The position numbers and the translations under genes were made by a program. From Takakia lepidozioides (Eukaryota > Plantae > Bryophyta): 64,000 nucleotides of DNA. The notes below the pieces were generated by a model, which was not told the origin of the DNA, ran no database searches, and saw nothing but the letters and a program-made list of their open reading frames with translations. The stretch lies in assembly GCA_030704615.1 (NCBI GenBank), contig CM060732.1, positions 70,866,001-70,930,000 on the forward strand, in the 5' to 3' direction. Shown here piece by piece: positions 1 through 12,779 of the stretch (position 1 is its first letter; each line of letters begins with the position of its first letter).

Positions 1-946
1 CTGGCGTCCCACAGCACTTATTTCATCTCTCTGATCGGGATATTGTGATTTTTCCTGGTGAAACCTTTGATCAAGAGAAGGTTGGGCTCTGTCGAGTCCA
101 GATTCCTATTGAAAAATATCCGTTGCATCTCCCTGGTAGTCAAGGAGAAGGTAGTACGTACCTTTCCAAAAGGCTTGTCTTTGAAACTAAGGCCAGAACT
201 AACATTTCTCGGGCTGAGGCTGTGCAAGCTCGTAACTACAACAAGAAAGTTCACTACTCAGAGAAATTCTTGGTGGGCTAAACTGTGTGTGTCCGTCTGC
301 AACTTGGGAAAATAATTTCCAAAGCTTTGAAGCGTATTGAGGGCTCTTATCTCATCATTGAAAACTTCGTGGGAGAAAATTCTTGTTGCTTCCCCAACAT
401 CATTCCACACCAACCATAACTCACCCTGTGCATGTGGACTCCCTGGTGCACAGCAGATTGGTCTTCGATCTCACCTACATCAATGTAGAAGGCAGGATGA
501 CTGGCTGATTCTTGTGTGTGATTGAGTGCAGGGATTCAAGGCTGGAGTGTTGCAGCCTTGTGTGTTTTCTAGATGTCCAAGTTGTGGCCTCTCTTGTGTG
601 CTTTCTGATAGTTCAACCAGTGGCCATCTCTGGTGTTGTGTGGTGTGCAAATAACGGTTTGTTGCAGACTAGCGACATCTGGTGTTAGAGGAGGTGGAAA
701 ACCTTAGCACGGGCTTTAGCTTCGTGTTAGTTTTTGCATCACTGTTGTAACGTGATTGGGGTTTTTCCCCAGCGAGTTTTGCCCTTAGCCCACTTTGCAG
801 GTGCAAGGTTTTCTCGCTGCGGGTTTTTTCATCCTTCTCTTGTCGGATAATAGTATTAGGCATGGTGTGATTTGCTTAGCTTCGGTAGTTCAGTATTTCA
901 GTTAGCTTGTGGGAGCTCGCTTTCCTAGCGGGGGCAAGCTTTACAT
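1..946 (+). mobile_element. Degenerate Ty3/gypsy-type retrotransposon 3' end (integrase C-terminal region, possibly followed by an LTR)
   Basis: Frameshifted reading ARTNISRAEAVQARNYNKK..FLVG followed by a degenerate EGSYLII (GPY/F-like) segment, typical of the post-integrase region. The following ~450 bp end in TTACA. Boundaries uncertain. Confidence 0.4.
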
Positions 947-1639
947 ATGTAGAGCTCCAGATTCTATGGCGGTGCATATGCTCTCTTGTCAGTCCCTTGG
1001 ATGAAAAACATGGGGTTGTTGGACATTAATGATGACAGGGACTATCTTTGGTTATATGATTATCCTACGTTAACAATCACGAGATAAGCCAACCTGGAAA
1101 CTGAGATGGCTGATGTGAGGTCTTGTAATCTGCATGTCCAATAAGAGTGCTGCATCTGGATCTCCAGATTAGCCTCTCCGGATTTTTAAATGAAGAGATC
1201 ATCAGGCTTAGGCAAGATGTTTTGGGTGTTCAAGCTGGTGCAGTGGATGTGTGAAGGACTCTGGATGAAACTGTTTTGATACTCTGCTGCGTGCAACGAT
1301 TGGCTTAGCTTGTGTATGTGCTCTGCAATAGATCCTCCCCTTTCAGCTTGGCAAGGTTCTATAGCTTACAATCCCCTGTGCATGACTTAACCCACAAAGG
1401 ATAAGAGCATATCCTTGCGATGGGGCTTTTAGCTTTACAAAGGGCACTTTGGCCAACTTGATGCGTCGTCCCTACCCTGTCGGGCAGGGCCAACAAATTG
1501 GACGGCATGAACACGAATGCATTCAAAAGACTGACAGACTCATTAAGTAGAGCACTACTTTGACGGCATACCGTTGTATAACAGCCCACTTGCCTAGACC
1601 CCTGTTGTACAGTACTCATTCTGGCCTTTCCTTAGATCT

Positions 1640-2440
1640 ACGGCTGGCTATGTATATCTTCCATCACTAATGGTGAGCTGCCATGTCTGCCTCAAAGTGG
1701 GTAACTGTAGAGGGGCTAGGGGGTGATCTTTTTGGTGTACAAAGCCGGTAACTAAGAGCCACTTCACCTTGCAGTGTTGTATTAATGTGCATTTGGAAAG
1801 TGGAGGTCCTGAATAAAGTGAGTATCTCATGGAGTCCTCACTGATAGACTTCTGTAAATTTGTAGCAAAGCTTGTGCCTTGTATAGGAGCACCCCGAAAT
1901 GTTGAAACCCGTAGTGGAGTGGCATCTCTTCTACATATTATTTGATTTTGCAATCTTGATACCAACCCGGTTCTAACCATCTTGAGCAATCTTTTTGTAC
2001 TTGGATACCAAGCAGGAGTATGTATATCATGTGAAAGTTGAAATGCCTAGGTAAAAATGGAAGGGTCCCAAGTCCCAACATGCATGATAGTATTAATCTA
2101 GGTCTTGTCTTAGATAAGAGTTTTTGGGGGATGATAAGAAGCAGTTGTGATGTGCTTGACACCAAGGTTAACACATTAACACCACCTCCATATTAAGTTC
2201 ATTGTAGAATTCTTTGCCCTGATCCGAGAGGGTCCCTAAAGGACAAGTGTGGTTCAACCTCGTCCTTTAACAAGGTTGAACAATCTTTCGAAAGGCACCA
2301 ATAACATTTTTCTATATGAGAGAGAAAATTGGAAATTGCGGTTCTAGTCCACAGGAATGATATTTCAGCCAGGCCAATAGTTGTCCATTGAGACAGATGG
2401 CCAGTTAACACCAAACTTCCACAGGAAATAAATAACCTTT
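1640..2440 (-). mobile_element. Degenerate retroviral-type integrase core remnant
   Basis: Minus strand gives LSDQGKEFYNELN...LGVKHITTASYHP, matching the rve consensus SDxGxEF...GxxHxxTxxYHP, with stops and frameshifts. Confidence 0.5.
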
Positions 2441-2982
2441 TGAAATGTTGTTCAAAAAACCTGGAAGTTCATTGCAAAGCACAATAATGTTAGTGAACAT
2501 TTACTCGAGATTTGTTGTTGTCACATCGTCACTCTCACTAGGGGTCAGCCATTGTCAGTTGTTTTATAATACTGCAATGCAACAGTGACAATGCTGTCAT
2601 CAGCATGACACTTTTCTACCAAGAGATCAATCCACTGCTTGGGTGCAGTTTGCACTTATCTGTGGACTGGAAACTAACGATGATGACCAGAGTAAATACT
2701 GCTCCAAGAAAAGTTGTCTCCAATCCAACATTGCGCCATGTCCTCTTTCTGTCTATGAAGTCTTAACCTTAAAGTGGCAACAATTTTTAGCATTACACAA
2801 TCCTTAGAACCTAGCATAAACCCCACTTGTGATCCTTACTGTCATAATGGATCTACCATACACATGAGGAGTCCAAGAAAGTATTAATGTCATGTGCAGA
2901 CTAGGGATCCTCGTAGTTGGTTATCGTCTCACTGGAGCAAACTGCCTTACTGTACCTCACCCACTGTAAGGTCTCAGTAACA

Positions 2983-5900
2983 CTAGTCTTTGCTACCCCG
3001 TTGCAAAACACGGAGAGGAATACCACCTAAATCAAAATCCTCGCGAAGGGCAGAAGCAAGAAATCGTAGATCAGTGTCCTGTAGCTTTCCGGACCCAGAC
3101 ACAAATACCACAAAGGTTGGTGGGCGCGCTTTCACTTGAGTCATATAGCGTACTTTAGCTCCATGGCTTTGCTCTCCTCTTCTTGGGTGTCGGCTCATGA
3201 CCTGCATACATGAACATGAATATGGGGAGTCAGGGAACATGAGCTTTTTTGGGTGGTTCAACGGGTTACAGTGCTCTTGTATTTTGTGTGATTCAAGCTC
3301 CTGGTCGAAGCTCCATGATACAAGCTTGGACTTGGAAATCATTTAATTTGCAGTCATTTGGAAGTTAAAAGTAAGCCCAGAGAATAAGAAATTATTTGGT
3401 TTGGCAATGGTAGAGGTTGAACTAAACCACAAGAACCGACTGGACAGCTTCAAGCACCTTTCCAAAGGAAGCCTAACAACAAATTGCCGTAACCTAAGAC
3501 TGACTGGTGTTTGCTATATTTACTCATTGCGGATGTGTCCTAATTTTCAGGCTAAGACACCGGCTGCCTTGTTCTGGCCCCTTGATTTTGCCAGACAGTC
3601 CAATGCAGTTGTGATTTCATGTAGCTAGTACGAGGATGATAAATCCTTACGCAATCCAATGATTATTCCAAGTTCCTTGCCAAGTCAAAATACTACAACA
3701 CCTGGTAGGAACACCCACCTGTCATGGGACCCAAGGTATTAGCAATCAGTAGCATTAAGTGTTGCTATGAGCAGGGTGAGAGGTACACTGGACCTTGCGG
3801 AGCCAACGATTGAGCTGAGCAGTGGTCAATCGCGAGCACCATTTGTCATAGGTCTCAAGCACATTGCGCATAATGGCTGCTCGACCTTTCCCCTCCAGTG
3901 CAGACACAAAAACCACTGGCACCCCAGTAACCTGCGAAAAGCATCATTATTGTGTTACACCAAAGGGTTTGTGTCAAATGGTGATCACAACCAGACAACA
4001 AACAGCTAAAAGAGCTTTATTGGTGAAGGAGAAAATGGACATGAGAGACACCCACAAAGAGGACACTGATACAAAAGCAACCAGCACAGACCTGAGGAAG
4101 AACTTTCCGAATCTCCTCAGGCACAGCATGCATGACAAGGGCTCGTAGGCGTGCCTGCTCGCTGCCAGCCAGCAAGTCCATCTTATTAACCACAACCACT
4201 AGGCCCCGCCCCTCCTGTACCACCCACTGAGCCAGAGCTGCTTCGGCGTGCCGCATACTGCTCTTTGTCTGCGCTATCTGCCCTCGCACACACTCCCATT
4301 TACCACTTGTTTTGATCCTGTGTGTGTGTGTGCATGCATCTAAAGCTCTCTTCCTCAGCCCCACCCCTTCCCCAGGGCATGCTGCAGATGACCTTGCGCC
4401 CCTTGTGAGGGGAGGGAATACCGGATGTCAATGTGCCCGCATGAGAAAGCTTAAGTTTGTTGTACAACAAGTACATCTGAAAGACAGTGAAAAGTTTCAC
4501 TGAAAAATCACCAGCAACATTCGTTCCAAATCAATAACCTAAAATTGCCTCTCAAGACTCCTCCACTGTGAGAAGGCAGATGGGGCAAGAGACACGTACG
4601 CAAACCCAAAATACTAGCTTCATACCTCTTCAGCATCAAGAACAAGGGCAACAATGTGAGCACGTTGAATAGTGCGACGAGAATGCATGGCACTAAGAGC
4701 AGCCGGTCCCTCCTTCACCTTTACTCTTTGCATCCAACCAGCTGTATCTACCTGCAAACCAAACAGCGGTACTTACAAAGGGCACTAGAACTTGTGTTCG
4801 AAAATCACTCATTTGGAGGCACATAGGTGAATAGACACATTATTCATATTTCAGCACCTTTATGAGGTCAGAACATTGGAACAGTTCAACATATAGGGCT
4901 AGCTAGGTTTGTTGATAACTGTGGCTAGCAACACTTCAGGATTGGACTCGAACAAAGCACAGCCTGGAAAGTCCTCCCCCTTTATCTCATTTCACTGCTT
5001 CATAAGGAAGAAACGAAACGCACAGATTGATGCTAACCAGGTAGACTGTCTGCCCCTCATACTCAAATTGCACACGGACACAATCGCGAGTTAAGCCAGG
5101 CTCTGGCCCAGTGAGCACACGTTCCTCACGCAGCAGCGCATTCAAGAGTGTGGACTTGCCAACATTAGGTCGGCCCGCTATGGCGAGCTGTAATGGCACT
5201 TTCTTCAATTCCACTTCCATATCTTCCTCCTCCCTTAGGCATGTTTCTGCTGTATTACCAGCATATCAAAACAGTTCACGCCGAGCTCTTAGTGTTCTGA
5301 TTTGTCTGGCTCTCCTAATCATAGAAAAACTGAACTCTGCAATGTGGAACGAAGGCTTACAACCAGTGATGGAAAATTTCGGCAATCTGCTCGATCACTT
5401 TCATGTTGAGCCAGGCAACCAGGTGAGACTTCTATTGAATGGAACCAGATTAACCACTCCCCATATTGGTGATGAGACATCATGTTCTCACCTACCCAAA
5501 CCAGACATCATACTCAGCAAGCTACATTATAAGAGAAAAAGCTATGAAGCTCAAGAGAGCCTAGCAAGAGATAGACAGCATACAGATCTTGAAACAAACC
5601 TTACTCTACCCAGCATGATAGAGCAGATGACTTAATCACAGAGATATAGTTGTCAGACTACCTCAGTCTCTGGTAGTAGAAAGCATAACATACCTGCTTT
5701 CTTCGTAAAAATTCTGTCCTGAGCATCTTCAACCCAAGGGTGCAATCTATCGAACAAATCAGCCAAGCCTTGTCCAGACTCTGCCGAAACTGCAACAGGC
5801 TCCCCAAATCCTAAGCTATAGGCCTCCCCTATCGCTGCTGTTAGTGAACCGTCAGTATCAGCAAGCATGCCTTCAGCTTTGTTGAGTAGCACCATAACAC

Positions 5901-7336
5901 GCACATGAGGGGCAAGCTTGCGAAGCCATTTCCCAACATCAGCGTCAAGTGGTTGTAGTCCAGCTCTAGGCACCCCAGACCCAGTAACCCAACTCATTAA
6001 CTTGAACCCCTGCACAAGCCTACCTACAACATAGATTATCTGGAAAAGAAAAGAGAGCGAAAGAACAAAGAGCAAAGAGAGGAACCTGCCATCAATGAGA
6101 AAAAGTGCAATTTGACACTCACGAAGCACCGCTGCTGTCAACCCTGCTGTTCTGGCCAAAACACTCTCTGATTCTGCTGAGGTTTCTAAGCCTGCTGTGT
6201 CCATCACTTGAAATCGAAGATCCCCTAGCTTTGCAATGCCCTCTCGCACATCCCGGGTGACGTGACTGTCCGGTGTGTTGTACACCAGTGCTTCACGCCT
6301 TCGTGTCAACCTATGGTCGATTCAAGCATTGCATCAGCCTGTGACTGTTCAAACGAGAAAAAAACTCAACCTCATCATACTCGCAAATATCGGGCCGAAA
6401 CAGCACTGATGTTGGTCAAGTTGATAACTTGCCACCTACAAACTCCACACCTCTACTTTCCTGTAACAAAACTAGATTTCCTTGGATGATAGATGGGGGG
6501 ATTCTACAAACAGCCCCACTTGTAAATACCACTCCGGTTTTGGAGGAACAATGGTTATCTTTTGAGTTACCTGTTAAACAAAGCTGACTTGCCCACATTA
6601 GGCCTTCCCACAAGCATGACTCTGGGTAGCATTTCAGCATCTATGTTTACGCTTTCTCCTCTGATGTACTTCATGCTCTTCGAGCTACTGCCCTCCTGCA
6701 CACTCTCCCCTTCTATCCCTTCCTCCCCTTGAGACGATAGTTGCAAAGCCATTGCACTCCCTTCAGTTGTCAGCCCCATTGCCACTTCAGGATTATCCAC
6801 TTCAGATTCCTCCTGCTGTATAGCCACTCCATCCCCTGCGAAAACCTCTCTGGCACCAGATGAATCCGGCTGGGAAATTTTGAGTGGACCTGCTGCCTCC
6901 TCTCCGGAAGATCCAGGCAAAGGCACTGCCTGCCATTCACTATTCCTTGCCAGACCCACCATCGTCCCACATTCCTCATACCTGTGTGTGCATATTCTTC
7001 TGTCATCGACCTTGGTGCTACAATTGGGTTGATGTATCGACGAAACATATAAACTGCAACACTGCTTCAGAACACTTGTCTCGAAAAACCCATGATGTAC
7101 AGCGGTCGGCCGTGCCCCTCCAATCACTTGGCGCCCTGAGAAAGCCTTGAGAGGGGAAAAAAATCACCTTCATCACACAGTTAGGCCCTCTTCCGAAATC
7201 TGAAGGGCCATGATCAGCATGCGTCATTTACAAAGAATGCTAAGCAAAATAAGAGAAGGGGCAAGAGACTGACTGAGGAGCAAGCAGCGCAGGGCATCCA
7301 CAGGCGCTGTAGAGCTCGCCTGCCAGCTCCGCCCAT
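2983..7336 (-). CDS. der: Organellar EngA/Der double-GTPase (ribosome biogenesis), about 9 exons
   Basis: Two P-loops ([25 protein letters not shown]), two DTAG motifs, [24 protein letters not shown] and the KH-like C-terminus [22 protein letters not shown] introns. ATG at 7336 splices in phase to the exon starting ~7146; the long N-terminal extension suggests a transit peptide. Confidence 0.92.
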
Positions 7337-7427
7337 TCCTCCACAACTGATCGCTGCTCTGCCCCTCCTAAAACCCCATCTCTAGTGCCCCCTGGGGTTT
7401 AAGTGCCCCCCATTGTCGAGTGATCGG

Positions 7428-7700
7428 GGGAAATAATGTACGCGTGCGATCTGACGGTACTATCGCCGGATCCTGCCAGGCCGGGCTCCTCCGGTAGGGC
7501 CCTGTCAAATACTCCCCACCCCCTCTTACTTCGGTTTCACTATTCGAGCGACGACCGAAGGTCGGAGACTAGTTTAGCGTAGAGCAGGAATAGGGCGCCA
7601 TAGAACCACGTCATCGTCACCTCATCATGGCCATGTCAGCATAGACACGTCATCATAGCCATGTCATCGTAGACACGTCATTGTCGTCACGTCATTGTCA
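7428..7700 (+). mobile_element. Eroded terminus of the Mutator (MULE) MITE family, directly upstream of der
   Basis: AAATAATGTA..CGCGTGCGATCTGACGGTACTATCGCCGGAT..GGGCTCCTCCGG..CCTGTCAAATACTCCCCACCC..CGGTTTCACT aligns by eye to 38482-38610. Followed by CACGTCAT repeats. Confidence 0.6.
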
Positions 7701-7744
7701 TTAGGTCGGAAGCTAATGTGGCAACAGAAAAGTATTGAAAAATA

Positions 7745-8060
7745 GATAAGAGAGACGAGGAGAAGCTATGGAATGAATACGTGTCCGACCCCAGTCAATG
7801 GTGGAACAATCTAGGCAAAAAGATGAATGCCAGTTGGAAGCTGACGCAAGTCAACGTAGGAACTTTGTGATCAGTAGGGTTGGGGTGTTTGCTGGAACAA
7901 TTCTAGGCTGTCATTGTTAGCTGCTAGCAGTAAGGCAAGGATGTACATGCTTTGTGTAGAGGCATGGATAGCTGAAGGAGCAGGAACAGAGTGTGGGTCC
8001 AGATTCATCCAAGAGGGCCGGATTTCCTTTGATTCCCTCTGGAAGGATTTGTCTTCCACA
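7745..8060 (+). pseudogene. Fragments of OSB-type PDF-motif coding sequence
   Basis: EEKLWNEYVSDPSQWWNNLGKKMN and IHPRGPDF resemble the PDF motif of plant OSB proteins (LW..FF.NP.EWWDNR..K.NPR.PDFKHK). The DNA matches 30905-31015 and 31172-31225. Confidence 0.55.
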
Positions 8061-8715
8061 ACCAAGCCTAATTATTAATCGACAGAGCATCACGAAAAAA
8101 CTCATAGAATTGGGACAGCCAGTCATGCCAAAATGATAAGAAGTGTTCCACTTCACACTTCATTGGAGAGGTGGTATTCATGAGTCTTTAAGCTTCATGT
8201 CTTAATCATGCCCTTTTGTCTGCAGAGCTGCTAAGCTGCAGTATGTCTTCATTGGTAATCATCTTTGTGTAATGATTGGTTGGTTTGATTACTGTGTGAT
8301 TCAAATTTGTAACATGGCAGTTCTTAAGTGAGATGCTAGTTGGGGTTGTTCGTAAGGTGAAGACCAATGTTGGGTGGGTATATGAATTACCCTGATATAT
8401 CTGCCAGGTATATCAGGGTATATTGATATATGTATAGCCTGTTGTGGCAAATTTAGGTACCCGGATGTATACCCTTATATCATGGTATATTTTGGAAGAT
8501 AATAGGAATAATGTAAGAACTTAATGCGAGCGCGTCAGGACGGTCCAACCCTGACACCCGCACCGCCGGTTCTCCGCCTCCGGCAAACATCGAAAGGCAG
8601 CCGGCTGGGCTCGGTCAATCCCTCCCCACCCCTCGCCCTCATCCCATCGGCGTTGTTGCCCCAGGCGCGTCGTCGCCGCCTGCGTCGTCGTTCTGCGACA
8701 CCAGTCCGCCAGTTC

Positions 8716-10285
8716 CTGTAACCCCCTGCACGTCAGCCCCTGTAACCCCGCCCCGGGTTCAACCCTCACCCCCATGTAACCCTCTGTAACTCCGCCGAGT
8801 GTAACCCACACCACCATGTAACCCTCTGTAACATCGCAGAGTGTCACTTCCACCCCTATGTAACCCTCACTCCATGTAAATTTCTGTAACACCGCAGAGT
8901 ATCACCCTCTATCACCCATGTAACCCTCTGTAACACCGCAGAGTGTCACCCCCACCTCTATATAATCCTCACTACATGTAACCCTCTGTAACACTTTGCA
9001 ACCCATATAAGCCTCTGTAACCCTCTGTAACCCATGTAACCATGTAACACCGCAGAGTGTAACCCTCACTCCATGTAACCCTTTGTAACCCTTTGTAATC
9101 CTTTGTGACCCTCTGTAACCCATGTAACCCTCTGTGACCCTTTGTAACCCTCACTCCATGTAACCCTCTCTGACCCTCCGTAACCCTCACCACCATGTAA
9201 CCCTCTGTAACACCGTAAAGTGTCACCCTCACCACCATGTAACATTCACTCCATATAACCCTCTGTGACCCTCTGTAACCCATGTAACCCTCTGTAATAC
9301 CATAGAGTGTCATCCTCACCACCATGTAACCTTCACTCCATATAACCCTCTGTGACCCTCTATAACCCTTACCACCATGTAACCCTCCGTAACCCATGTA
9401 ACCCTCTGCGACACCACATAGTGTCACCCTCATCCCCATGTAACCCTCACTCCATGTAACCCTCTGTAACACCGCAGAGTGTCACCCTCACCCCTTATGT
9501 AACCCTCACTCCATGTAACCCTCTATAACCCTCTATGACCCTCTGTAACCCATGTAACCCTCAGTGACCCTCATAACCCTCACCAGGTGTAACCTTCACC
9601 ACCATGTAACCCTCTGTAACCGTATGTAACCCTCTATAACACCGCAGAGTGTCATCCTCACCCCTATGTAACCTCACTCCATGTAACTAACCCTCTGTGA
9701 CCCTCTGTGATCCTCTGTAACCCATGTAACCCTCTCTGATCCTCTGTAACCCTCACCACCATGTAACTCTCTGTAACACGTGTATCCCTCTATAACACCG
9801 CTGAGTGTCACTCTCACTCCATGTAACCCTCCCATGTAATCCTCTATCACCCTCTGTAACCCTTTAAAACCCCTGTAACCCTTTGTAACCCATGTAACCC
9901 TCTGTTACTCCACGGGGTGTAACCCTCACTCCATGTTATTCCGCATCGTGTAATCCTCCCATTATGTGATCTTATATAATCCCCACCATATGTAACCCGC
10001 ATTGTGTAACCCCAATGCAAGCTTGTATCATGTTATCCTATGTATCCCTCTCCATGTAACTCCAGTTTCTCGTGTAACCCCATCATCCCTGTAACCCTCT
10101 ACACGTCAGCCCTTGTAGCTCCGCCTCGTATAACCCTCATTGTGTAACTCTCACCATGTAACCCCACCATGTAACCCCGATACTGTATTAATCCCCTCCG
10201 TGTAACCCCCGATTGTGTCACTCCTAGCTCGTGTCACCCCGGATCATTTATCCCCAACGCATGTCACCCCTATTCATGTAGCCCC
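8716..10285 (+). repeat. Subterminal minisatellite of GTAACCC/GTCACCC units
   Basis: Dense array of short variant units such as CCATGTAACCCTCTGTAACACCGCAGAGTGTCACCCTCA. Confidence 0.95.
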
Positions 10286-10457
10286 TTGGTGCCCAGAAAA
10301 AATTGGCGAGCTCCAAGAGGTGTCAGATATTTTGAATTCAAACCTGGGTTACACGATTTGGTGACATCAAAACCCAAATGTAACTCCATCATCGCACGTC
10401 ATTTTCACCAGGTGCGTAGACGTCGTGCGGTCCTGAGGGCTCCGCTGCGTTGCCTGC

Positions 10458-12012
10458 GTGTGTTCTGCAATTTGTACTGTATTGGTGGTACTGTTGCCGC
10501 TAATGGCATGTGTTGCCGCGAAGGTGCTAGACGAGGAACGCAAAGCAGCATTGGAATCAAATCGTTTGAAAGATGAGGCGGGAGAACTCTGTCATTTGCA
10601 GCATTTGGTATCTCATTTGAAATGCATCTTACAGCTGCCCTCACACGGGCTTTTCAATCACACAAACCTCCGTTGGATACGCCAGGTTTCCCAGGGAAAA
10701 GGGAAACGGATATCCATCGAAGTAGCTATCGTTCCATGGTCTCGCATTCCTGATTTTCTGGAGGGAGAAAGGAGTAGAGTGGATAGGAAGACCCAATTTT
10801 ATGTTCAAGATCGAAGGTACCGTGAGTTGCCAGATTTGACAACACCGCTGCAAACAGTTATCGTCAGTGGCATAAGTAAGTCACTTACGAGGGTTGTATA
10901 ACATTCCCAGCCCCACTTCTTTCTGTTGGCCTAGCAAAGTCGTATATGGCGATAACCTTCCTCGCTTTGTATGCTTTCTTTGCAGGTACCACTGCTGCTA
11001 CGGCCCGATAGATAGGCGCACGGATCCGTCGATTGTGAAGAAGAAAGAAAAACCGATAGCAGCCTCCGATAATCAAAAACCAGTCAAGCGAATCAGACGT
11101 AAGGCAGCAGATTTCGGAGAGTCATACAAACGTGGGTGTACGTGTAGCTTCAAAGTTGGCCAGTGTTTTCTAGATCCAGAGTTGGCAATCATCACATACT
11201 TCCAGAAACAACATGTGGATGCAAAAGGAAAGCCATGTCATGGTTCAGCTGACCCCTCTTCCCATTTCTCGCGATTTGTGCATGCCCCTCGTCTCACCCA
11301 AGATATGAAACAGTGGATCGTCGATAGTCTTCGCAGTGGCCTATCTCCAGCTACGATTATGACACAACATACTCAACAGCTCCAGGAAGCTTGTGCGTCT
11401 CAGCCAGGCATGGAGTGGAGTCGCGATTGTTTCTTGTTCGAGTACGACGTGAGAAACATTGTCGACAAGCTTACGATTGAGAGTTATAAAAAACATCCAA
11501 ATGATGCACAAAGTGTACGTATGTGGGTCGATAGCAATCTTGAAAGCGTCTTCTTTTACCATGAAGAGACAGCGTCAGTGGCGGGTGATTTGAAGTTTGT
11601 GATTGGAATACAAACGGAATGGCGAAAACAGAAAATGATCGACCTGGGACACAACCGTGTGGTATCCTGCAATGCAACATTTGGGTCCAACGAAAATAAG
11701 GTATTCGTGTCACGCTTTATCTTTCATTGCATTCTGAAATGTGAGTGCCATGCAAGTGTTGTCAATATTACAACACTCACCTTATTCATTTTTGTACCAT
11801 TGCGACATTGCAGTTCCCAATGTATACCATGATGGTGTTTGACGAATGGCTCAACGGCATACCTGTTGCTTATATTATATCAGCGAGAAACAAAACGACT
11901 GACCTGAGCCCCTGGATGAAACGTCTTCGCGACCGACTTCTTCAGAGCAAACCAGATTGGAGGCCAAATGCTTTTGTTGTCGACGATGCAGACGCAGAAA
12001 TCAATGTTATCA
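10458..12012 (+). pseudogene. MULE-family transposase (plant SWIM/MULE type), spliced and 3'-truncated
   Basis: SYKRGCTCSF..HVD..PCHG, RDCFL..DVRNI, HPNDAQSVRMWV, FVIGIQTEW, SCNATFG (first catalytic D appears as N), YTMMVFDEWLNGIPVAYII, AFVVDDADAEINVIR. The downstream CxxH/SWIM part is not seen. Confidence 0.8.
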
Positions 12013-12291
12013 GGTGCACGGCTAGAAGTTATAATGTTCTAAGTCACACAGTAATTTACACTGCAAGTTGCATGCATGAGGGGTTTCATGGATCGGGTGC
12101 ACAAACTGCGGCGCCTTCAAATGCAACTCTCAATTATCAACCCCTTGCCACAGTAGCAGATATTCTTATGCTACCAAAAGTACTCTACACTTTCAATGAT
12201 TGCTTATACTGGGCGGTCCTCATTATCTAGTTTTTGTGGTACATGTATGTCTTCATGGGTTGATTAATGTGGGTTTTATGGTGGGTGTTGT

Positions 12292-12567
12292 GTGCAGTTT
12301 AAGTTGAAGGACAAAATCAGCCTGTATGATCCTCATTTACCACGACACAGGGCTGCTAGTGGAATTGTCACTGGTGTGCCTGACAAAGATACATATCACT
12401 GTCGTGTTATACATGAGGGATTGTGGCGGGTTGAGGTAAATAATATCTATATTGCCAATTGTGTCTTGCCTCATCCTAACGAGGAAGAGGTCCCACCGCA
12501 AACAATGTTGGAGGATGTCGTCGGTCTGAATTGTCTTTGGCCAGAGAAGAACATGAAGATGGCTTAG
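12292..12567 (+). CDS. Terminal exon encoding a Tnp1/En-Spm-associated (transposon C-terminal) domain
   Basis: Pattern V/I.L...AASG.....YH...I..G.WRVEV......LPHP.......LEDVVG...LWP resembles the C-terminal domain of plant transposon accessory proteins. Preceded by a TGCAG acceptor. Confidence 0.5.
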   Translation: MQFKLKDKISLYDPHLPRHRAASGIVTGVPDKDTYHCRVIHEGLWRVEVNNIYIANCVLPHPNEEEVPPQTMLEDVVGLNCLWPEKNMKMA

Positions 12568-12779
12568 ATTTCGTTCGCTCGGGCATAGACATTGCTGGTA
12601 GTGAGAAGAAGGCAGGAAAGCAGTTCATTGTTCCTAGCATGCATGCGGAGACGCCGTTTAGAAATCAGGCTCTTCATTTGATCATGGTTGGATTTTGTTG
12701 ACAGTGTTCCAGCACTTAACTCTCTAGGATTCTATTCTATTTTGTGGAGCTTGAATCCCCAATGGTACTTCTTTAAACA

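Larger units (their letters stand above)
8494..12012 (+). mobile_element. Mutator-like element, left arm (TIR, subterminal satellite, partial transposase)
   Basis: Starts with GGAAGATAATAGGAATAATGTAAGAACTTAATG, the same TIR as the MITE at 38469-39058 that has a 9-bp TSD. Followed by the GTAACCC array and a MULE transposase. Confidence 0.85.

Noticed and set aside
5111-5635. 174-aa plus-strand ORF
   Set aside because: Antisense to a der exon and intron.
8521-9472. Minus-strand ORFs rich in VTEGYM repeats (also 50914-51385)
   Set aside because: Translations of the GTAACCC satellite with no protein signature.
8716-10285. Telomeric array or CRISPR array
   Set aside because: Units are irregular, not TTTAGGG, and lack unique spacers. 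They sit inside MULE termini in a eukaryotic context.
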